This document shows, one piece after another, positions 25,111-35,624 of a stretch of 64,000 bases of DNA (its first letter is position 1; each line of letters opens with the position of its first letter). Source of the DNA: Azolla caroliniana (Eukaryota; Plantae; Polypodiophyta); the NCBI GenBank assembly GCA_043228905.1, contig JBHGNT010000011.1, positions 20,212,001 through 20,276,000 of the forward strand. Reading direction: 5' to 3'. The position numbers were made by a program, and so were the translations under genes. A model generated the notes under the pieces. That model worked only from the letters and a program-made list of their open reading frames with translations. It was not told the DNA's origin and made no database searches.

Positions 25111-28100
25111 ATGTCTGAAGGCAAGCAGAGGTTGAAGTCCCTGAAAGCGGAGTTGAATGCAGATGATGACAAAGACACCATCGCCAAGATCAAGAAACAG
25201 GTCAAGAAAGAACAAGACACTGAGACGCCAACCAAAGCTTCTAAGAAAGAGGCTCACACAGAAACCACCAAAACCAAGAAAGTGAAGAAAGAAGAGGTCG
25301 GTAGTCTTTCTGATTATTTCCTTCTGCACGTGATAGAGCTGTTGAAACCTCGTGAATACACGGATTAAAGAAAAAGGTCGTCGCATGGAAAATAGGCTAG
25401 AATTTCAGAGGAGTCTTAGAACGTAACATAAGCTTCATATGGCTATAGGAGATATACACATTCTATAAGGGTATTGGAGTCACCATATAGATTTCATAAG
25501 GTTACATTTAGGAGATACCATAGATTTCATAAGACAATGTATAGAAGATACACAGATAAAATAATTTCCTAAGACAATGTATAGAATATATGCAAATAAC
25601 AAAGAATTTCATATTGTTATGTATAGGATACATATAGATTTCTTAAAATTATGTTTTTGAGCTACTCTTTTTTCAAAGGCTACATGATGTACACTAATTT
25701 TATAACGCTGTTGGAGATACAGATAAATTTCAATTAAGCTATAGATACACTCACATTCCATAAGAAGATACACCTTTATGGTGCATCCCAATGTTAAAGA
25801 TATCAAGGAATTCAGAAGGTTTTATTGATGTGTAGATCTCAAGCCAAACTCCAGAGGATGACTCTGTTAAAAAGAAAAAGGATTCCAAAGAAGCTCCTGA
25901 GAAGAAGAAGAAAGTCTTTACTCTACCAGGACAGAAACATGATCCACCAGATGAGGTATTTTTTTGATTCCGCATGCCGAGATGAATATTTTGTTGGGAA
26001 AACATCAAAATGCCCCAATATTTTGAGTATCTTGTAAGGATACTCCAAAACTCTCCAAAATTACTAGAATATCTCTCTGTAGTACAAACTTCACTGCTGC
26101 TACAGAGGGGGCATTATTGTAATTTTTAGAATTCGGTATCTATCTGTTTTCCTCTATTTTATTTTGCAAATAGTGCATAATGTGCTTTGAAATGCTAATA
26201 CATCTAAAATGTTTCAGAGGGACCCATTGAGGATGTTTTATGAGAGTCTGTACCAGCAAAATCCCAAAAGTGAAATGGCAGAATTTTGGTATGCACACAA
26301 TGCATTTACATCTATTCTAATTTTATCCTCATACTAGTTGGTTTAAGAACTCTTTTTATTTTGCATAATAACTAACTGATCAACCTATATTTGTGCAACA
26401 AATACTGTATCTTAAGCTTTGCATTTTTTATGTACTTGCATTTTATTTCCTTCACTGAGAAGGTTCAAGGACTCTTCCCTAAATACTGCAATAAAAATAG
26501 AATGCTATGTCATGGACATGTTTATTCAGTGAATGAATAACCCTTCTTGCAGGATCCAAACCACAACAAAAGAAACTCTCCTTTGGCTCATGCTATGGAG
26601 AATGGTATGGATGACTTTTGCCTTTAACATTTGACTTGATAAATCTTTATTTAGTTAGAACAACCAGCCTTGGAATGGAGCTTGGAAGAAGATATAGATT
26701 AGGTGGCAGTCTTAATAAATTGGGACTCAGCTATGAATGTAAGAGACACATGTCCGCTTTCTTTTGTGGTGGCCCCTTTTCAAAAGCGATAGTCTTCAAC
26801 AGGGAGACATTAGAAGTGAGAAACGTACTGTTTTAGTGAGTCTTTTGTGATTATAATACTGCTCCTGAGTAGCATATGCGGATGGGGTAGAATTTCACGA
26901 TAGCAACTACAGAGAATATCTATCAGATTTTCATTTTACGAACATTGAAGTGTTGAATTCGTATGCTTGGTGTTTTCTTTTATCCTCTAAGGTTAAATGG
27001 AGTATAAAAGGCATTAAGAAAAGTTGTCGGTTTTCCTTAAAACTAAATTCACTCTAGTCCATGGTTGCCAACCGGCCATTTACCACAAGATTGTAATACT
27101 GATCCTTGTGATGCAATCAGAGCTTTTAGGTGCTCTTTCATATGAAGAAGAGTACACTTACTGCTATACATTCAGAGCACTGAGTGCATTATCACTGTAA
27201 TACGTGTTTCTTGAAGAGTGGAACTTACTTTGTCAGAGGTACATCAATGCGAAGTGGATGACTGCTTCTTCCCAGATGGTCATTTTTGCTGTTTAAGCAC
27301 AACTTGGTGCTTTAGTTCCTCAACATTCCATTGTTCATTATGGCTTTAGCTTTTGGTGCTTACTGTCAAATAGATGGACTTATTTTCTCAGGAATTCTAT
27401 TTTAAGACTTTGTCCTTTATAGCTCTTACTTAGATATACCTGTTTTGGTTGATAGGAGTTGTATTTTAAGGTGTTTTCCTGCAAGGCTCTTATGTAGATG
27501 CACCTCTTTGGTGGTTTTGTTTTAGTTTCATAACTCTTGATTGTGTTTGCCACACACTTGAGTGGCTATTGTAATTTGGAATGAGTTGAAATTTTAGTGG
27601 ATTTAAGTATGATTAAGCCCTTTTTTGCAAAAAGAAAGAGAAGATGGATACTTTATCAGTAGCTGACTCAGCCACTCCCCAAGTGATTATATTTGTACTC
27701 ACATTGCAATTGATTTGATGGACATTGGGAGGATTTCTCATCTCTCCTCGGAGTCTCACTCACTTGACAGTACAGCAAATCTGAAGTGTAAATTTCAGGT
27801 TGCAGGTTTTTTGTACACTTTTGTCATGAGAGTCTAGGGACTCATTTTATATAACATTCATGTTTTATGATTCAGAACCAGTTTATGTTAAATTAGCAAA
27901 ATTGATTATGCTAGTTTATTATCCTACTTAACTTTGAGGGATAGCACGATCTGTCCTCCAACCTTGTGGCTCTTTATTTGCGTCTACCGTGTTAACACAA
28001 TCCAGTTTCTTTCCAGAATCCACTATGATATAATTTGAAGGCCGGGCAACAGTTTGAAGGTCAATTTGAATTTTTGGCACCACAAACACTAGTTGCAGTT

Positions 28101-29216
28101 TCCTTCTAGACAACCACAATCCAGTTTCTTTCTAGAATCCACTATGATATAATTAGAAGATCGGGCAACAGTTTGAAGGTCAATTTGAATATTTGGCACC
28201 ACAAACACTAGTTGCAGAGTTTCCTTCTAGAAAGTGTTCTTCATCCAGAGTATAGGATGGATGCGCCAAGATAGTAATCTGAAAACCAAGATAACACAGA
28301 TCGTCAGCAATAATATAGTGGGTGATGGATGATTTATTGGATATGAGATTCCAATTGACATCTGACATAAAAGATCATATGACACTGACAGAGAATATGA
28401 CGTGAGATTGCATGTAAGAGTGAGAAGTAAAACCGTGAATAATGCTTGATATGTTCGAGAAATTATGACATATATATCATGGATAGATCTCCTTTCATTC
28501 CAACTGTATCCTATCCATCAAGGTGGTGGCGATCTAACTGATGGTGCACACATGCATGTGTGGGAGAAGCTGTGCTTGTAATACCCCTGAGTTTGAGGAG
28601 TGCTTCTATCTTCGTCTTTCTCTATAAAAGAGAATGTCTCTGCTTTCTCTCAGTTTTAAGTTGACACTATGTGTTTATGGTTTCTCATGTCTCAGATCGA
28701 TTGTTATTTGTGTCCTGATTAAAGATTCCCAACTATGCTTAGATTTTAGGTTTATCCATTTATTCAAATGTTTGCTATTCCTTGCATTCTATGCCCACTA
28801 AAGGGGATAGTAAAATCTTCACTGTCAGCAAATAACTGCATATTTCAATCTTTTATAAATATAGAATCATGATTAATTTCCTAGAAAAGTTCTTCATTAC
28901 TTGAATGTGAATTTCACTGGATGGCAGGATGATGGAACATGGACTTCTTGAACTTGATATTGCAAAGAAAGCATTTGAACGAAAGAAGAAAAATCAAGGC
29001 AATCAAAAGCTTGGAACTCCAGTAAAGCAAACTAAAGAGAGCACTGGAAAGACCATAAAATCTGATAAAAATAATTCAACATCAAAATTGGAGAAGAAAA
29101 CCGGGCCAGTCAATGGTAATGAAAAATCATCAAAAGCCAAGCGGGCACGAGATCCAGAGCTAGATTCAGACGATGATTTTCTAGTAAAACCCAAGAAGTC
29201 AAAATCTAGCTCATGA
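25111..29216 (+). CDS. Conserved plant Lys-rich protein of unknown function (LPGQKHDPP.ERDPLR.FYESL...SEMAEFWMMEHGLL family), ~221 aa; exons 25111-25296, 25836-25955, 26218-26288, 28928-29216
   Basis: GT-AG junctions keep the frame (666 nt). Spliced product contains the motif KVFTLPGQKHDPPDERDPLRMFYESLYQQNPKSEMAEFWMMEHGLL, which I recognise from uncharacterised plant proteins. Confidence 0.85.
27996..28233. repeat. 119-bp tandem duplication in intron 3
   Basis: CACAATCCAGTTTCTTT...GGGCAACAGTTTGAAGGTCAATTTGAA...CACAAACACTAGTTGCAG...TTCCTTCTAGA present twice. Confidence 0.93.
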
Positions 29217-30742
29217 TTTTTAAATTTCATTATTTTTCAATGCTAGTTAGTGCTGGTTAAGCCCCAAAACATCAAGCCTAACAGTTATTCATCTTCTTGC
29301 GGAATTAGGTATGTCCAATTCAGGGTTTTATACATGTGATTCTATACATGGTCAATGGGCACAACTTAATATTTACGGAACCCTACAAATGGAGTTTCCA
29401 TTTTGTTCTGAACTGAGCAGAGATATCACCTTTATTTCCAATCCTGAGCCTTTGGGTCATGTAAGTTCTTTAAGATGATCTTCTTTATTATTCTGTACAA
29501 AATCTATGCAGGAATGTAACAGTGTCAGGCCATAGTACCCTGAAGCTCCCAATCCCTTCTATCTAGTCACTGTAGTTTTTGGGTTTTTAGGTCAATGTGT
29601 ACCGATGAGGCCATTCAAGATTGTTCATAGCACCAAAATAACCACGAAATAAATGATTCATACTGTTTTGTATAGGTTTGAATTGAAGGCCCCATTCCCA
29701 ATGAGCAGAATTGTGAGTGGAAATCTGAGTGGTTAGAGAAAAACACTACTCGCTTGGAAGTTAGAGAAAACATGGGTTATTGTCAGCATGTTTTTATGGT
29801 ATCATGTATGTCTACCTAGAATTGTTTTAGTGAAGCACCATCCCTTGGCAACAAAATTACCTCCTTGTTATCAGTATCGAGTGAACATGTTTTTCTGTGT
29901 TAATAGTGTCATGTGGCTCTTTAGACTTCTTTTGAAGCCAGCCCAAGTACATTGCGATAAGCTGGATAAGAGCTTCTTAAGAGATGTGAATGAAGCAGAT
30001 AAGAGTGTAAAGATGTGGGCTTGCTCACTGATACTATATAGGAAGAATTTCTCATAGAAACCTGACATATCATAAAGATCATTCATGCATGAGGAGGTTT
30101 GTATCAGCTTTTTAGTTGTGCATGTTTAGAGCTCTTACAAAATGTCAATCACATAGGGTGTCAAAGAAGAGATTGAATCTACTTTCAAATCAAGATATGA
30201 AGGTGACGCACATAAATGAGTGTGATCATTTTTCCGTGATGGCCCTTTCGCCTTACAAAAAAATCTTTATTCACTTCGACAATATTTTCTATGTAATATC
30301 TATACATGAATTTCTTTTAAGACATGTCATTTTGATCCTGATAGATTGTAGCTTGGTTTTCTTTTTCTCCTTGTATGAATCGAATAGAACTCCTTTTAAT
30401 AGATTTTGTTTACCACCTAATGAAAACCTCTAATTCAATTGTTAGGTAATGTTTTATTAATTGAAAACTTTAAAATATTTATGGGAGGTCAAGATTTATA
30501 TTCCCGTGCAAATTCTCTCACTCCCAATTAGCACAATAAATCTATAAGATCATTGTGGTTGTGTGTTGGAATGACAATCCCTTTTACCAATTAATTATTC
30601 AAAGAGAAGTGAGCAACAAAATAAGATTTGGTAGGGAGTTCCAATGTTAGTCAAACTCAGAACACCACAAGATAAGACACTTTGCAAGAAATCAATTGAT
30701 CAACATTTTGGTTCAACTTTATGATTCCAAAAACAAAATACC

Positions 30743-30748
<6 letters not shown>

Positions 30749-30784
<36 letters not shown>

Positions 30785-30811
30785 CACACACTCTCTCTCT
30801 CTCTCTCTCTC
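30749..30811. repeat. Compound (TA)n(CA)n(CT)n microsatellite
   Basis: Directly visible. Confidence 0.95.
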
Positions 30812-31733
30812 TGTAAATGTTCCATAACACATTAAAACTTCTAATTCTTCTTTGAGAGATGTTCAAGGACTGTGGTGAGGGGGAAATAGGGGTGATGTTT
30901 TTTGTATTAGATTGATAACATGAAGGGGAAATAGAGATGGGTATGGTATCCATCGCATTTGCCTTTTATGTTTTATGTTTTATTGCAATTGGAAGCACAA
31001 CCCAAATTTCCAATTAATCAAACAATTATATAATGTTGTGCCTTTACAATCATCCCAATACTCGTGTATATGAGGGCCAAGTGATGCCATTCTTACTCCT
31101 TACCTTCAAAAGATCTAAGATGTCGTGTGTTTATTGCCAGAGCTAAGATAGATAGTGTACTAGAGGTTTGAAAACCTTACTCAAAACAGAAATGCACAAT
31201 GTTATCTGTACGTATATTTTAACAGATCTATTCTTACTGCTTATATGTAGGAATAGATCACATGTTTTTTTATCTCTACTTCAAACTCGTTAGCTATGCA
31301 TCATGAATAACCAAAGGAATTGATATTTTTACCCTCAACATATTCTTAAATCTAGTATATTATTACATAGTGTTTTACCTTTATGTGCACAAATGGTTGC
31401 TTAGAGAAAAATGGCAGAGCAAAGAAGCTATACCTCTTGAGAATCTCCCTAAGCAACTCGACATCTCATAACAGTAGATCTTTATCTTGCAGATCTATTA
31501 CCAATATGCAACTTTGCCACAAGAAAGTATATAGTCACAACTTTTGTCTATACACAGTGAATGATCCTCGAGCTAATCAAACCTTATATAGAACGTGATA
31601 GCAAAAGCTGACAAATACGGTCATTGCAGGTACAACCTTCTCAGCTTTTACATTATTGGTCAAGAGATTCGACAGACATTCACCACAAAAGCAAATGGAT
31701 GCCAATTCTTGCATTCTCATTCCTCAGCTTCTA

Positions 31734-34112
31734 TTATGTTCTGCAAAATCAAGGGGTCTTCTGTCATTATCCAATCCATATAATAGAGGAAGATTATCTT
31801 GCATTAATGGTGTAAGTGTTACCATACGTATATCCTGTTCCCAATCTGGAGGATGGTCTCTTCATAGGTGAAAGAAGCAAGTTTCGGAGAGCATTGGATG
31901 GACCCCCAGTAGTTGAGAACAATCTGGCTGACTTCATGGTTGAAGTTTGTTCTGGCATCCTGCCGTTCAGAAGGTTATTGTGGTCAGGAAGAGCTCGAGG
32001 TAATTTCTGAGTTGCTGGTCTGATCACTGACATGTCGAACAGATGATCATCATTTCTATTTGAAGGTCTCGTTACAGGCCAGAAATCAGGAGTCACTGGA
32101 GCAATAGCAGATGAAGCACCTGAATTATATCAATTAATCTGAAACTTATCTTCCCTGGATCATATTCACCACATTAGAACTTCAACTAGATTCATTCCAA
32201 CTAAATCTGATCAGTTGTAAGCTATTAGCTACCTAACAAACTTCGACAGGCTCGTTTCTAAACTTTCTGAAATGAGTAAATCTGAATGGATGATGAACAA
32301 GTATCAACTAAACTCCACTGAATCAACATTAGATAGCTTATAAACTTCAACAGCTTCCGTTTCTGAATCTGAATGAATTTTAGATAACTATCTGCTAAAA
32401 TTCACACATCCCGTTTCTCAATCTGAATGAACGTTAGAACTTAACATGTCTCGTTTCTGAATCTAACTGACAGTTAGATATATATCTGGCACGTGTCCCG
32501 ATTCTAAATGTTTATGCATCAATGAACACTTCAGCAAGATACTATCTGAACTTCACTTAAACGTTCTGAAATGAATATTATATAGATCTACCTAAACTTC
32601 AGCAAATTACTATCTGAACTTCTCTTAAGGTACTGAAGTGAATGTGCTATCGAGAACTTCACAGGTTCCCTTTCGAAAAATTCTCAACTAACATTAGATA
32701 ACTATCTCGAACTTCAATAGGCCAGATCCCAGTAAACATTAGATAACTATCTAAACTTCACTATAGGTCCTGCATCTTGGCATCCTGAATGACTATTATT
32801 AGATAACTAACAATTGAAACTCGAGCAGTATGCTACTAAGGATTATGTAGAGCTGAGTATAGCTGCAGACCAGGACCATGACGGCGTGCGGATAAATCTT
32901 CAAAGCCTGAAGGCTCAGAAAACACTGGTTGTACTCCTTTCTGCATTGGAAATGGATCTCTACGGGATGGCTGTATTGTGGACTGCTTCAGTTTATCATA
33001 TTCATTCCTGAGGTTATCATACATCTCTTCAAGCTTTCGTTTCTGCCTGAAACATTAAGCCAACACGTTCTTTCACTTATACACAGGATAATATAAGGTT
33101 GTGCTTTGCATACTATACGCTCTATTATCAAGATATTATCTGAAGCCCCATTAATGGCAAAAAACTAACGAAATTCCTACCTGGATTTCTCAGAATACTT
33201 TTCTTGCAACTCTGTCCTGTCTTTGTTCAAGTTTTCAACTTCCTGTTGTAGAGACTGAGCTTGCCTCATCGCTTTCTGATAAGCTACTTGAGCAAGCTCC
33301 ATCTTCTCCACAAACTTTGCCTGCATTTCATTGTATCTCTGTCGCAAATGCTGAGCCTTCTTCACTGTTAGCTGCGTTTCAACATCCTTCTGTCCAATCC
33401 AGAAAGCGATCCCTTTCAAAGCGCACTTCATGACTGTCTTGTCTCCAGTGAATAGAGCATTATATGAGAATAAGTTGACATCTTAACGAAATTGTAAAGC
33501 AGATGACCATCAAAAGCTTACTCAGATGTGGCGGAACACCAGCCATGGCCATCTGTAAAAGTTATCCGGAAAACATATATCAGAAAGCCGGAAAACATTG
33601 CAAATGGATCATTTCTTCAATAATTCGCTGGTTCAACCATGAATTCTTATAGGCAGAAATTGAAGTCTCACGTTAATCCATTCATCACTCGGGTTCAGAT
33701 CCACGGCTTTCATCTGGCTGCACATAAAACAACCATGGAGAAAAACAATATGAAGGAGATTAAAACGTCAATTTGGCCAATGAAATCTGCATTTCAAAAG
33801 AGAACAGTCTGACAGGGAAAGCGAATAAATATAAGAAGCGATTGACAAGCAAAAATGCTACACCTTTTAGAGAGTAGCTGCTCGCAGACAAGACAACTAG
33901 ACTCTGAACAGAGAATTTTGTTGGCATCTTCCGCACCTGATTAATCCTTAGTCAAGGATTAAACAAATTTTTAAACTTAAGATCAAATATCCACTATGAA
34001 AGTGACCATTATAAAAACTTCGTGTGGTTTCAGTAAGGATACAGAAAATATGTCCACAAGTGGTGGCGATTCCTCGTCCTTCAATGTCCCCCCAGCAGGC
34101 ATTACACTTCAT
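31734..34112 (-). CDS. HEI10: HEI10 (CCNB1IP1/Zip3 family) meiotic RING E3 ligase, ~315 aa; exons 34112-34043, 33936-33864, 33717-33672, 33552-33522, 33433-33181, 33046-32871, 32119-31828, 31740-31734 (last mini-exon tentative; otherwise stop at 31794)
   Basis: Spliced translation MKCNACWGDIEGRGIATTCGHIFCAEDANKILCSESSCLVCEQLLSKSQMKAVDLNPSDEWINMAMAG...QEKYSEKSRQKRKLEEMYDNLRNEYD...ALRNLLLSPMKRP matches the plant HEI10 RING, coiled coil and C-terminal LRNLILSP motif. All junctions are GT-AG and in frame. Confidence 0.93.
32165..32815. repeat. Degenerate ~50-bp minisatellite filling HEI10 intron 6
   Basis: Repeated CGTTTCTGAATCTGAATGAA and ATTAGATAACTATCT..AACTTCA modules (e.g. near 32328, 32358, 32380, 32411, 32451, 32690, 32737). 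Confidence 0.8.
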
Positions 34113-35624
34113 GACAGGTACCGTTTCATACTCTAATTACCTGCAGATTAAGCTAAAGATCAAGAAAGAGATGAATGGGGCACCTAATACGCAAGTTTTA
34201 CGACATCATGAATCCAGATGCTGAACAATGGGAGGCTGAAAAAAATAGCTGAGGAATCAAGACTAACTCACGTGTGAGTTCGATCAGAACGAGGTAAAGG
34301 AAAGGAATAGATTATTCATGGGGAGGCAGCTATGGAACAAATCAGGAAAGGTTATAGAAAGAACAAATTAGTCTTGTTTTTGAGAGCCACCTTGTACCAT
34401 GTAATGTCTTATTCTCCAGAGTCATTTATTTAGCCCTTGCTAATAATGGTCATGTTAATTTCAATTTCGGTAGAAGACCCCAAAGAATAACTATCAAGGT
34501 CAAATAATTAATGGAACATAATGTGACATGTCCATACTAGCCAATGATAGTGACGTATCACGTAACTTGTGATGCATTATAAGCACATTTCCTTCTGAAA
34601 GCACTAAAACTATCTATCTATCTATATCTATATCTATATCTATCTATCTATATATATATATATATGAAGACCTAGCGTTTAGAGCCATTTCCTTGTTAAC
34701 CACTAGTTGGGAGTTCACTGCATCCTTATGTAAATGCCTAAAATGAAAAATAATGCAAATAAATAATCTACGTAGGCCCACAAGATCCTTATGGAAACAT
34801 GAGCGATGCCTACCTTGCAAATATTGTTTAGACAACATCCTTATGAACAATGGCTACCATGTACAACAATGTATCATATCACCTATATGAACCCACAAGA
34901 TTAGTAGCTAGTTTTGATTGAGATGTTTCATGTAGGCTTGAAGGTTAAGTATTGAGAAATTTCATTTTATAACAGCAACCTGCACAAAATATTATATGAA
35001 TTATTTTCCTATGCATGCCAAATCCACATTTTCCAGTTTTTTTCTAGCAACATACATGATGTATTTTCAAAAGAATAAAGCTTAAATTTGAAATTGAAAA
35101 TACGTTTCTCTCTTGATGAGATCATTGGAAGGATATATTGAAATGGGGTGGCCTTCACGTATGCTCTCCATCCTTCAGATGATTGAGCAGATGTTATTAA
35201 ATATAATGAAATTTTTAGAGCTATTTAACTTCACCAATAAGGTTACCAAAATAGTCCCCTCCACATAAATATCCCCCCCCGCCTTTTTATCTATAAATCA
35301 TGTTGAATGTTTTTTCAGTGTTGTAAGTGCCGTATATACTAACTTGGTTTTTGTTATGATTCTGAGTTTCTTAAGAGCTCATGAAATGCAATATGTGTAA
35401 AAATACATATCTTCTTCTTTCGTTCTTCCTTTACCTTGATTATCATCCGGGACATTATTGTACCTTGCAGTATAGAGTCTCATACTTTGCTTTAACCAGG
35501 GCTTCCATCCGCATAGTTTTTAGTACTGCTAGCAATGTTTGGCATTTGGTTTTGATAGCTTGTTTCTTCTCATCACCATGATGAGGCAATTATGTCACTG
35601 CACATTGAGACACCATTAAAGCGT

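Noticed and set aside
26289-28927. Intronic snoRNA or miRNA in the long intron 3, and in HEI10 introns
   Set aside because: No convincing C/D box pair with terminal stem, H/ACA structure or long hairpin was found by eye; an Infernal/Rfam scan would be needed.
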